Positions 27,088 to 39,368 of a stretch of 64,000 nt of DNA are shown one piece after another (the stretch's first letter is position 1; every line of letters begins with the position of its first letter). Source of the stretch: Podarcis vaucheri. Taxonomy: Eukaryota. The notes under the pieces were generated by a model that saw only the letters and a program-made list of their open reading frames with translations, ran no database searches and was not told the DNA's origin. The position numbers were made by a program, and so were the translations under genes. Location of the stretch: the NCBI GenBank assembly GCA_965113315.1, contig OZ220371.1; one strand, 5' to 3'.

Positions 27088-27230
27088 TAAGAACATAAGA
27101 AGTGCCTGCTGGATCAGGCCAATGGCCCATCTAGTCCAGCATCCTTATTGTCACAGTGCACAGTGGCCATCCAGATGCCTGTGGGAGTGGGCAAGCAACA
27201 CCTGAGTGCAACCGTGTTTTCCCTTCCTGT
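27088..27230 (-). mobile_element. CR1-type 3'-end fragment
   Basis: 'taagaacataagaag.gcctgctggatcaggccaatggcccatctagtccagcatcc'. Related copies lie at ~4050 (+), ~16735, ~26370 and ~32950. Confidence 0.55.
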
Positions 27231-27290
27231 AGTAAATCAATGAACCACGAAAGCCCAGATGGGGAAAAGGGAAAGTTGGAGAAGGACAAG

Positions 27291-27660
27291 TGTTATGTAC
27301 TGAGTTGAATAGGATCCAAACTGCAGCAGTCTGGTTGGTCCTAGAACAATAGGATCCAAATTGCAGCAGTCTGATTGGTCCTAGAACAATAGGATTCAGA
27401 ATGCAGCAGTCTGATTGGTCCAAGAACAATGCAGCAGTATGATTGGTTGGCAGGAACCACCCAATCATGCTCCAAATATAAGTGAATCAACAACCTGATT
27501 GGCTTACAGTAGAATTCCAGAATTAACCAATCATGGGCAGCCCATTGTGTAAAGAATGTATATAAAGCAGATACTTTGAGGGGACTATTATTCATTCCTC
27601 CTCACCACTATGAGCTGAATAAAGAGCATGAAATCACTTTGCGACTCTGAGTATATTTCA
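27291..27660 (+). mobile_element. Solo LTR (370 bp)
   Basis: TG...CA ends, perfect 5-bp TSD ACAAG (27286-27290 / 27661-27665), TATATAAAG at 27559, AATAAA at 27618, and 40-bp tandem repeats in the U3-like part. Confidence 0.88.
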
Positions 27661-28766
27661 ACAAGGAAAATTGTTATTTCAAAAAACCTTTAGAGGTTGA
27701 GTGTGTTGTTGTGACTGTTGTGACATCTTCGCAGATGAAGGGGTGAACATTTTTTAAAAGAGAGTACTAATCTTAAAAAAGAGGGGGTGCTAAAGTAACA
27801 ACCAACTAAAAATAGGAAGAAACAAGTAAATGAGTAATAGTCATCTCCAGTGTGGCAAGAGCATGTCCTTTTTTAGACACGTGCCTTGCATTCATTCAGC
27901 CTTGGACAACACCTTGAGGATTTGAGAGAAAGTGTTTATTAGCCTTGGAGAAAATGGTGATAAAGGTAGCTCTGTACTGACAGTATTAGAAAACAAAAAT
28001 GTTTATGTGTGTGCTAATGCCAGTGTGGAAAAATTATGTATTAAAAAATACTGGAATAGAATATTAAGCCAAGATGCTTGAAACTCATATGTGGGCCTAA
28101 AAGATGTAAAATCCAAATGATTTAGATCCAGTGATGCTAAGCGCTGAAGTCGATGTTACAGTCTGGATGGGTAGCAGCTGCTAACTTTTTTTCCACATCT
28201 GCCTCCTTAAGAAATGTATGATGTGAGATCATTGTATTCAGCTTTCCTCCATCCTGCTCCAGTTTATTGGCTGCTGTGTGCAAGCTAAAGCCAAAATTGT
28301 GTAAAGACGGGGCACAGTGGGTTCAATGGCAGGTGGGATTTCTGAAGCCTTTTCCCCCAGATGCCCACCCAATTTCTGCTCCCATTTTATTTTATTTTAT
28401 TTTGCAAAGCATGTAAAGTTGAATGTGCACAAGTTAAATGTGTGTAAGTTGTGAGTTACTTGTATTTGCATAAGTGGTGCAAGATCTTTCCACCTACAAT
28501 GCTGGGCAAAACCCTATGTCAATATTTATAAATATTTATCAGATAAAATGGTTTTCTTTTCAGGAATATTTTAACATTCAACACTAGCAACAAGAAGAGC
28601 TCGTTTTAAAATGTTTTCCTAAGTCTAGTTCTTGCAGTTTCAAACCACAGTTCCTGAATTGCAAGGAAATAAGTGTGAATTCAGTATTTCAAGATTTTCA
28701 TGCCACAGTTCACATTTTGAAATATACTGTCAATATAACCAGACATATACAGCTGGAATGCACATA

Positions 28767-30057
28767 CCGTATTTTTCGCCCCATAAGACGCACTTTTTCC
28801 CCTCCAAAAATGAAGGGGAAATCGGGGTGCGTCTTATGGGGCGAATGCCTGCAAGCCTCGCGCGCCCGGCAGGAGGTCCCACCGGGTGCGCGAGGCTTGG
28901 GGCGGCAGCCTGTCGCCCGAAGCACGAGGAGCCCTCTGGAGGGCTCCCCCTGCTTCGGGCGAGTGTCTGCAAGCCTCGCGCACCCGGCAAGAGGTCCCAC
29001 GGGGTGCGCGAGGCTTGGGGCGGCAGCGGACTGCTTGCGCGCACCGAGAAGCTTGGGGCGGGCTGAGCTCAGCTGGCCCCAAGCTTCTGGGTGCGCGCAA
29101 GCAGTCCGCTGCCGCCCCAAGCCTCGCGCACCCGGCGGGACCTCCTGCCAGGTGCGGGAGGCTTGGGGCGGCAGCGGACTGCTTGCCGGCATGCAGAAGC
29201 TTGGCGCGCGCTGAGCTCAGCACTCCCCAAGCTTCTAGGTGCGCGCAAGCAGTCCACTGCCGCCCCAAGCCTCGCGCACCCAGCGGGACCTCCTGCCAGG
29301 TGCGGGAGGCTTGGGGCGGCAGCGGACTGCTTGCTGGCATGCAGAAGCTTGGCGCGCGCTGAGCTCAGCACTCCCCAAGCTTCTAGGTGCGCGCAAGCAG
29401 TCCGCTGCCGCCCCAAGCCTCGCGCACCCAGCGAGACCTCCTGCCAGGTGCGGGAGGCTTGGGGCGGCAGCGGACTGCTTGCCGGCATGCAGAAGCTTGG
29501 CGCGCGCTGAGCTCAGCACGCCCCAAGCTTCTAGGTGCGCGCAAGCAGTCCGCTGCCGCCCCAAGCCTCGCGCACCCAGCGGGACCTCCTGCCAGGTGCG
29601 GGAGGCTTGGGGCGGCAGCGGACTGCTTGCCGGCATGCAGAAGCTTGGCGCGCGCTGAGCTCAGCACTCCCCAAGCTTCTAGGTGCGCGCAAGCAGTCCA
29701 CTGCCGCCCCAAGCCTTGCGCACCCGGCGGGACCTCCTGCCGGGTGCGGGAGGCTTGGGGCGGCAGCGGACTGCTTGCCGGCACGCAGAAGCTTGGGGCG
29801 CGCTGACCTCAGCTTGCCCCAAGCTTCTGGATTAGCGCAGGGGTCCGCTAGCCCTGGGAGAGGCGCCCGGCTCTCCCACGCTAGCGGAGACCTTGCCAGC
29901 ACGCAGAAGCTTGGGGCGCGCTGAGCTCCGCACGCCCCAAGCTCCTGGTGTAGCGCAGCGTACCTGGGGGGGAAATAATTTTTTTTTCCTTTATTTCCCC
30001 CCCTAAAATCTAGGTGCGTCTTATGGGCCAGTGCGTCTTATGGGGCGAAAAATACGG
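28767..30057. mobile_element. Young Tc2/pogo-like non-autonomous DNA transposon
   Basis: Perfect 27-bp TIRs CCGTATTTTTCGCCCCATAAGACGCAC, TA TSDs, subterminal GGTGCGTCTTATGGG copies, no transposase ORF. Confidence 0.92.
28845..29960. repeat. GC-rich 148-bp tandem array of palindromic units inside the MITE
   Basis: GAGCTC symmetry axes at 29065, 29213, 29361, 29509 and 29657 (period 148). ORF-track peptides recur every 148 bp and are near-identical on both strands. Confidence 0.95.
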
Positions 30058-32587
30058 TACATTTTGTATTCAAAATGTGGTATACAAACTGGTATACCAC
30101 ATTTAGAATACCCAAAATGTTTTGTGTATTCCAGCTGACTGTTTACATTATAACAATATTTGGGTAAGAACTGAGCTGGTTGAGAGTAAAAGGACCACCA
30201 GAGGGCAGTACATATGAACTCCTGCTCCTTGACCACTGGAAGCCGAGTGAGGCCTGTTTGCCCTACGCAGTGAATGTACTGAAAGTGTATTGTACACTGG
30301 GTTTGTTTTAAATTGCCACAGGACATAATTTTCAAAGAGGGACAGTTTGCTGTCACTCTTTCTGCTTCAAAGGAAGGGGGAAATACAACAGCATGAAAGT
30401 GCAGGACAATGCAAAGCAAAAGGCTTTTGGCTACTGTTAAACACTCACAGTGGTTTCCATAAGAACTTGACTTCTGAAAGGAAGCAGATCACAGGTCTTT
30501 TCTCTGAAAAAAACCCCCCATTAGTTACATTGATATCTCAAGAAGCTTGAGGTGATGTATGTGGTTCTCCCGCTGCCCATTTTATTATCTACACAACAAC
30601 CCTAGAAGGTAGCCGAAGGTGGATAATAGTGATTGGCTCAAGGCCCCCCACTGAGATGATTAGGGATTTGAAACTGGGTCTCCCCATACCTAGTCCATAT
30701 ATTACATTGCCTTGCAGGAGCTAATATTTATTCTGATTATGAAACTTACAAGGCAACTGACAGGCTGCAATCTGATGCTCACCTGCCTATGAGTGAGGCC
30801 CCTTGGACTCAGTGGAGCTTATTTCTGAGCTGTCATGTATCAGATTCTAGTGTCAGTTTTTCTTTCTGAACAGTCTGTTGCATTTAGTAGCTTTCGGAAG
30901 CTGTAACATACTGAATATCGTGTGCAACTTGGTTCTGTGCCTGCCTAAGTCCTGCAATATTGGGCATCTGTGCCGCATACATAAACTTGGACATAAACCC
31001 CAGTGAACTCAATGGGACTGATTTTTGAGTAGACAGACAGAATTGCGATGCTTGAATAAGATCCCCTGTTGACAATAGCATTGTGTGAACATTCCATCGA
31101 TTTCCCTGAATAAGATGGGTGAGGTTCTTTTTTCTTTAAAAAAAGATCCTTTGCTTGTCAGCACATTCCCCACACTCCCTGCTTCCTGTCCCTGAAGTAA
31201 ATAAATGAGAAGAGACTTGAGGAAAGGGCCAGCGCCAAACGCAGCTTGGCACATTAATTCATTGCATAAGCACTATTTTCTATGTCACTTTTTATTGTGT
31301 GTAATTAATTCAACACGAATTTTATTAGAAACAATGAAAGTGTCCATGGGCCAAATAACGGCGCTGGATCACTTCCTCGCCATTGTATGAGTTAGTTGCG
31401 AAGTTTGGTGAGAGGATTAATGCCTCCTGTAATTCAGGGGGTTGCCCTTTGATTTTAACGGCCCTTTATATACGATTTGGCTTGGCACCTTATTCTTTTG
31501 GGAACCTTGAAACAGTTTTGGTTTCTACATGGCTTTATTGGTTTTATATTCCTAGCACTCAGTTCCCTAACCGTCAGCAAGTCTCATTGTCTAGCTCTAA
31601 TCTAGAGCTTGTGCTACAGTGACCTTTTGTAAATTTGTTTTTCCATTTGATTTTATATTGAGATGAGCAGTTTGGCATGTATAGTGCCTTTAATAGTAGA
31701 CAGCTGTTCTTATTGTCCTTTCTCAGTATCTTTTATTCACCAGGTGAAGTCTGTCATGTTCAGCTGTACTTTTAACACAGTGTGATTCTTACCACTGTTG
31801 CAGTTTTATTCTGATTTTAGACGGCTGTTTTTTTAATATTGTTTTAGATGGCTTATTTATTGCATTATGATTGATTTTTTAATTTCTGTAAGCTGCCTTG
31901 AGTACCTGTTTGTTTATCTAGCTGAGTAAAAAGATTTATATACCACCCTTCAGTTCAGAAATTTCCAGGTTGGTTTTCCATAACCTGTCAAACGGTAAAA
32001 GAGCATAAAAGAAAAATCACTGCAAAAATAACTAATATGCCAGATGTTTAAAAAAGTCTAGGCAATGAAAAACAATGGGCTACAATCCTATGCACAGTGA
32101 CTTGGGAGAAAGTCTCATTGAATTCAATGAGCCCTACTTCTGAAAGGATTGCGCTGCTGAATACATGAATACAAATGCTAGGTGAGCATTCCTGGGGAGA
32201 GGTTTTCCTAAAAGTGGCATCACAACTGACAAGACCCTCTCCTCCCATTGCTATGTAGCACACTTCAGAAGAAGAAAATCCCTCGGACCCACAGGGCTTT
32301 CATGAGCTTTTATAGTTCTGGATCCTGGCCTGAATGAATGAATATGTGGTGGTATATCCCTCAATCTTATTTATCTTGCTTTCAGAACTAAAATAAGTAA
32401 TATTAACTATAAGGGATAGTTTTGGTGTGTTACGTTCCAGGCTTTTCAAGTGAAAAGAGCAACAGCAGCAGTGAAAGAAACATGTCTTTATCCTATCTGA
32501 AAGGTCAGACACAATTTTAATTTTTTTTTTATTTTTATTAAATTTTATCCCATCCTTCCTTCCAAAGGAACCCAGGGTGGCATGTAT

Positions 32588-32675
32588 GATCTAGTTGAGA
32601 TTCCTGCATTGCAGGGGGTTGGACTAGATGACCCTTGAGGTCCTTTCCAACTTTACAGATCTGTGATTCTATGAT
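32588..32675 (+). mobile_element. CR1 3' terminal fragment
   Basis: gcagggggttggactagatgaccctt...ttccaact...gattctatga, the same terminus as the CR1 at ~48900. Confidence 0.75.
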
Positions 32676-33247
32676 TTCTCACTAGTCTGGCATGTGCCAT
32701 GTTATGTAAAAAGCAGATGCAAGATCTTTCTTACACGAAGACCTATGTCATTAGCTGTTTGGACCCAGCACCTTATTTGCAAGGCATGAGTACAGTAATG
32801 TAGCGTTGTAACCACTTTTTCTCACTATACCTTATAGTAAGTAACCCAATACTTTAACTTAGACAAGTTTTTTTGGGGGGGAATCAGACTGTGCTCCAGT
32901 CCCCAAAACACACTGCAAATATCATATGTGTCTGTAGGAAGAAGTTTGCTACACATAAGAATGTCATAAGAGCTTGCTGGATCAAGCCAGTAGCCCATCT
33001 AGTCCAGCATCCTGTTCTCACAGTGTCCAGCCAGCTACTGTGGTAAATTGTAGATCATGCATTGGCAGTCTTTGGGTCTGTGGACTCATCTGGAATATTG
33101 AGAGAGTGCTGTAGGCACCAGTCACAAAATGGTTGCTGTGGGCGTGTGGCATAACCCAAAATAGCTGTCACAGGGGATGGAGCATAATACAAAATGGCTG
33201 CCCCATAAGGCTTAGGGAGGAAGGGCAGGATATAAGTTTAGTAATAA

Positions 33248-33282
33248 AATGAATGAATGAATGAATGAATGAATGAATGAAT
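33248..33282. repeat. (ATGA)n microsatellite
   Basis: Direct read. Confidence 0.9.
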
Positions 33283-36200
33283 ACAATAGCAGAAAGAGGT
33301 AGGACAATAAAATGGGTGACATGCTGCCCCATCACTGGAGGAAAAAAGTACCTACATCAACCGTCACCGTGCTTGCTCACAGAGAGAAGCTACTTACCTG
33401 TTTCCTATGTTCAGAATGGGAGGGAGGTTGTTAAGTCCTGCCATCCAATAAAATGTGGATATGTTTAAGGAGGCATGTTCAGTGTAGGAGAGGCTGAGCC
33501 TGTGCAAACAGGAATTGAACAGGAAGAGCAAACGGGCTTATGCAGTGTGTATTTTTGAAAGCATATTTATTAAGGCCTTTTGCAGGTGCCATAGGAAATA
33601 CTGATGGGTGCACTCACTATAGTGGTGATTACCCCTGTTGCAGATAGCCATTTTGGTTCATTGCAGGGAGGGGGTGGCATTTAAACATTACAGGATGGCA
33701 ATACCTTGATTAGTACCTATTACAATTTTGTGGCTTTGGGTTCTTCTCTTTTCTTTGTGAATTCCAAAGTGGTCTACAGACCATTCATGGTGAACGTTAG
33801 TTGCTTCTGCCCATAAGTAAGCATATTTCGGAGACTATCACCATTTGATTACCTATGGAGGTATTGGGAGGCGTGCATGGTGCTTTGACTTGTGACCCTG
33901 AACCTGCTCTGTGGGGTAGAGAAAGCTCCTGCTGATGCTGCTAGCTGATTATACAGTCTGTTTTCTTTATTCATGAAAACACGCATCCACATACACTGTT
34001 TCCCCCTTCTAGATGCCAAATCAGTGACAGCATCAAACTCAGTCACACTACATTTAAAACAAAGAAATGAAATATTACTTCCTTCCTGTTTAATAAAATT
34101 ATGTTTTATTGCCATTGAAGAAGAATAAATGGTGAAGTCAAGTATCAATAATATACATCAATAGTTTGAGCAAGTTTAATTCCAGTTGACAACTGGCATT
34201 TGTAGTGCTCTTTAAATGTAGTAAATGTAACTAATGCAGGTAATAAATGCACAAGTGTTAGTCACACACTGTAGGAAAGCAAGCAAGATGCTTTTGTAAG
34301 TGGTGTGGCTTTAGGCTCTGCATCTGAAGGAACAGATGTTGATCCATTACCACAAATCTGCCAGTGCAAACAGATCATGCATTTTCTTTAAAAACAAGAA
34401 TACATGTAAGGTCAAAGGCAAAGAATATGTTTATACAAAGCTCAGTTTACTTGAATCAGTATTTAATATATATTTCTACTGTAAATGGTTCTGGCCAGTT
34501 ACACTAGTGAGTGATGCAGTGTGGGCTTACAGCTGTGTTCATTACAGAATCTTTATGTAGAGCTGAAATTGCTTTGCTTTACTGTTTAACTATTGGACTT
34601 CCAAAACAGATGTTATGAGAGAGGTCCATGATTGGATCTTCTGACTTTAAAAATGAAATAAAGGACTGGATTGGAGGGCCAGCTGCAGCAGCACTGTGGG
34701 AAAGGGTTATTCCTTCCTTAGGCACCGTTCCTGAAAATGGTATGAAGAGAAAGGATTAAATAGATATTTAATCTATTTTCTGGCACTTTTACCCTGATTT
34801 AATCCTGTACTGCTTTTAAATTGTTGCTGTTGTTTTAAAAAAAATGGAAGACTTGATTGTAAACCTGATCTCCCAATTTATTAAAACAACAACAACAACA
34901 ACTTAGAATCATAGAATCTTAGAGTTGGAAGGGACCCAAGGGTCATCTGTTTAGTCCCTAAGCAGGTATGTAATTATTTTTTTTCACAGGCTTCATCTCC
35001 TTTTTCTTTGAGGCTTTCTTTTTTTGGGTGTGCACATGTGTTCTTATATGCACAATTTTACTTCTGTTAATTATGTATTATTTTTATTTAAAAATAAAAA
35101 AGAGGGAAGGAAGGATCAGCACCTCAGTTTCCTGTAAATTCTCGACCACCATAAGATTGGCAGACACGTTTTTTAAAGCATGTGTGCTTACCCCTTTGCA
35201 ACACTTGGACATGTGTGGATCTCCCTGGCAAAGAAACTAAGATCTCCCTGTTGCCATTTACTTTGTAAGTAACCTTGTCATTTAAATTGCAAGATTACTC
35301 AGGAAAGGTGACTGCATCATAGCATAGATTATTTTGTTTTGGAAAAAGTAATTTTTCTTGAATCTGAGTGACACATGGATGAATCACTCACACTGAATTG
35401 CGTCAAGATTACATGTTATGATCATCAGTATATTAGCATGTGTGTGCGTTTTATATGGGCTTGTTTTTTTTAAAAAAGATACAGCTTTGTGACAAGAGAG
35501 TGTAGTCTTCTCTAGCAGTTAAGTACTGAATTTCTGAGCCAGGGTTAACAAGCTTTGCTTTTTATATACAGTTCCATTCTCATGTCCATGTCAGTTTGCT
35601 TTTGTGTCAGTACATCAGCATGTTGATTTGTTATTTGCTAGATGTGTGGTGTGACCTTGTACTTGGAACAATTGAGTCCCTCCTCTTAATCTCACGTACG
35701 TCATTCTGCACTGGTGATGCATTGACTGTGGGTGGACCCAACAACTCCCAACGCTGGAAGTATACTTCTGGCAGTGTTTTGTTTTCTCTTTGTAAGTAGT
35801 TCTGGTGTGACAGGTCCAAAGTGCACAAATTTTGAACTTGGCACAAGGGTTCCCGAAGTGGGGGCAGTGTTTTACATCAACATTGGGCCACTGGTGGACC
35901 AAACTGTGACTTTGGCATGACTTTACCTGATTTTTGGTGTGACATGACCAAATTGCACTGAGCAAGATGTTTCTGATTACATCGTTTCTCAATTTGGCGT
36001 GATGGTTCCAACCTGCCCTAATTTGTATGGCTCTGAATATATTGTCACCTAATTTGGCACAAGAGTTCCCAAGGTGGAAAATACTGTCTTCATCTATGTT
36101 TGGACGTCAGAGGCCATGTTGAATCAATTTGGCGGACCAAATAAATCATGATTAAGCATTACCCCCACCACACACCAATTGATTTGGGGGGATGGGTGAG

Positions 36201-37419
36201 GTGTTCCCCAGGTCAGGTTGGAGCCCTGAGTTGGTGTGCATGTGTTTACAGCACTAAAAATCACAAATTATCAGTTTAAAAAATCACAATATTTGTTGGT
36301 TTCTTTTAATTCCTGGGCAGCTTGAGGCACTTCTCAGTCAAGAATACAATTACACCCACAATAATATTACAACATATGACAGTTGTTGAAAGATAACCTT
36401 TCCCTTACTGTGGCTAGATGGTGTTTCTTTTAAAAAACAAAAACAAAAAACAAACCCAGAATTTAACTCTTATTAGTGTAAAGAAAAGAAGTAATTATCA
36501 TTAAACTTCATAACACAGATGTGCTGTGCTTTGTTTATTCCCTAAGATGAGTAGGTCTTCGTTAACTTCTTTATGTGAGAAAACCAATTAAAATGTGACT
36601 ACCATTTTCTAAAAATAAACAACAGAATGCTGAGGATAGACAATGACCATTTCTTTTAATGGTAAACATTCCTACCATTTGAGGAATGGTAGGAATTCCT
36701 ACCATTAGAGATTAGATTCTGGCTATAAATTTGACATTGTTGGACAGGGCAGGGTGGTGGTTTTTTGTTTTTGTTTTGGGTTTTTTTTGTCCTTTACATT
36801 TTTACATGCTTTATAACATGTTTCTAACCCTGAAGGCGAAAGTGCTGGTGGAGGGAAAATTTCCAAGAATCTGGCTTAAAAGGTTGGATGGATGGAGACA
36901 GATAGCTAAGACTTAAAGGAGGGCATGACTGAGGTTGAGCAGCAGGGGAAAAGTCAACTTTATTAGCTCGGTGTTCATTTTCATGGCATGAGATTCTTCA
37001 GGGATTAATGTGAAATATTTCAGATGTAAAAGACGAAATGAATGTTATCAAGTAAGAATGATATACAGCAAAATAAAGGAATGAAAAGGATTTAGCAGAT
37101 CTTACTCTTCACTGTTACATATTCCAGTAACAGCTCTGGGTGTGTGTGTATACACACACACACACACACACGTTAGCAGTCAGTGTGGTGGGGCAGAGCT
37201 GCAGATGCCTTTCTGTGGCATTGGCATCGCTGCAGCTTACCTAGTTGGTGCTAGGGCAGGGCAGCAGCAAGGTCAGGCCTGCATGATTGTACTGGTGGAA
37301 GAGCTGGATTGGGTCCACAAATATGTCTGTGCAGCCTCAACCTCTCTGCCCCACCCCACTTAATCCCTGTGCTGTCCAGATAAGTTGCAGTGAGTACTTT
37401 TTGCTTTTTCTTCCTGTAA

Positions 37420-37575
37420 GAACCAGTGTGGTGTAGTGATTAGCATAACAGCCTAGGATCTAGGAGACCAGGGTTCAAATCAGCCATGAAACTCACTAGG
37501 TTAGCTTGGACCAGTCATAGTCTCTCAATCTAACCTTCTTCACAGGGTTGTTGTGAAGATAAAAAATGAGAACTA
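37420..37575 (+). mobile_element. tRNA-derived (MIR/CORE-like) SINE
   Basis: A box TGGTGTAGTG, B box GGTTCAAATC, and core 'acc..cttcacagggttgttgtga.gataaa'. A reverse copy lies at ~30560-30700. Confidence 0.6.
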
Positions 37576-37592
37576 TGTGTGCCACCTGAGTG

Positions 37593-37744
37593 NNNNNNNN
37601 NNNNNNNNNNNNNNNNNNNNNNNNNNNNNNNNNNNNNNNNNNNNNNNNNNNNNNNNNNNNNNNNNNNNNNNNNNNNNNNNNNNNNNNNNNNNNNNNNNNN
37701 NNNNNNNNNNNNNNNNNNNNNNNNNNNNNNNNNNNNNNNNNNNN
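37593..37744. other. Assembly gap (N run)
   Basis: About 150 N bases. Confidence 0.98.
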
Positions 37745-38826
37745 TCCCCCTCCTGCCTGGAGATGACAAGATGGCTGCAATCCTGAAACCACTTAACATT
37801 CAACCTGTTTTAGTTGCTTAACTGTGCAATCCTACACAGAAGCAAGCCCCATTGAATTCAGCGCTCCAGTAAATGTTTATTGCCCTATTGAATACTGTAG
37901 AATTTACTTCTCAGTAAGCATGCATAGGATTCAATGTATGGGGCTTGCTTTTGAAGCATATGCTTTTCAGAGCTGCAGTGTTGTATGGTAGAGGTAGTCG
38001 TCTCCTATCAAAACTAGGCTAATTTAGAAGCAGCTTAATAATTTTAATACTTGGAGCAGTTCACAGCAAGCCCCAAGCCTCACTATTTGGGTATTGCACC
38101 AGACTAACCAGGATCTCTGCCTAGGCCTTGATTGAGAATTGCTAATGGTATCTTTACAGAGATAAAGGAGAATTTCTGCTTTAAATCTGTTTGGGTGGAA
38201 AATATTTCATTATCAGGAATGACCTTGGCTGCTCTGGTTTATCTCAATGGTATGTGCTTTAGAGACATAGGATGTGTCCGTCAGGATCAAGTTTTGATTA
38301 GCTGGATAGTTAGAGGGGCAAGCGTAGTAAAATGTTTATTTTCCATCCATTTCTACTCCTTATCTCTTAGTACCTAAACAGACAAGGACCTTAATTTCTT
38401 GGCTTTGCAAATGCTCTATTTGTTTCATTCTCAGTTTTCACAGGAGCTTGAATGATAGTTCTCGGGGTTTAACTTTCAAAGCCCAGCCATGCTAGAAGGT
38501 CAGCAATCAGGTACATCTGCATCATTGTCTTTCTCTTTATATTTCTGTTCACTTTTTCAAGCATTTCCTCTGTATCTCTGTCTTGATCATGAGCTGTACT
38601 TTGCATCTGGCAGTTCTTTAAAATGAATGTGTAGAAGAGCAATGGTAGCAGTGTATTTTCACACAGCAACAATGTCTCTAGATAGCTGCTCTGCATTATC
38701 ACTGCTCTTCATTTTTCTGTGCTTCATGTTGTGAAGAGCTATGTTCTGTTCCCTACAGGATGTGATGGAGTGCAGCGATTAAGGACCCTTCAAGTAGTTA
38801 TTACTGTGTAGGGCTGGTCCTTAGGC

Positions 38827-39265
38827 CAGTGGTTTTCAACCAGTGTGCTGTGGCACCCTGGGGTGCCCTGAATGAAGGTCAGGGGTGTTGTGGGCAACAT
38901 TGGCCTCTGTCCCTCTTTCCTTCCTTCCTCTTATACCCTCTCATGTCTCTGCCTCCCAAAGGCTTGCACAGCTGTTTGTTGCAGCTGCCCTGGCTACAAG
39001 CTCCCCAGGAAATGGTGCGTCTGGGGCTGGCCAGGAGGTGCTGGTGGCCTGGAGCTGAGGTGGCTCAGAGACCAGGGGAGGCTGTGGCAGCTACCTGGAG
39101 GATTCCCAAGGAGAGGAGAGGAGGCTGAGGGAACACTTCACAATGGAGGGTGTTCGAAAAAGGGTGAGAGGCTGCCAGCTCAACTGAGCTCCTGAGCCCC
39201 ACAAGGGTGCCACAGAAATAATGCAGTTGGTCAAGGGAGCTGTGGACTCAAAAAGGTTGATTCCA
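38827..39265. mobile_element. hAT-Charlie-like non-autonomous element (degenerate right end)
   Basis: Begins CAGTGGTTTTCAACC and ends ...AAAAAGGTTGA. Confidence 0.5.
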
Positions 39266-39306
39266 GGAGTTGTAAACAGGCAGCAAATTGTTATTTCCAC
39301 CCTCCC

Positions 39307-39307
39307 G

Positions 39308-39368
<61 letters not shown>
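39307..39368. repeat. (GTT)~20 microsatellite
   Basis: Direct read. Confidence 0.95.

Noticed and set aside
28632-29924. Many overlapping 100-180 aa ORFs on both strands
   Set aside because: By-product of a GC-rich palindromic 148-bp array (period not a multiple of 3). No domain or transposase motifs.
28845-29960. CRISPR-like repeat/spacer appearance
   Set aside because: There are no unique spacers, the whole unit repeats, the context is eukaryotic and no cas genes are present.
37496-37821. ORFs containing X runs
   Set aside because: Artefacts of the assembly gap.
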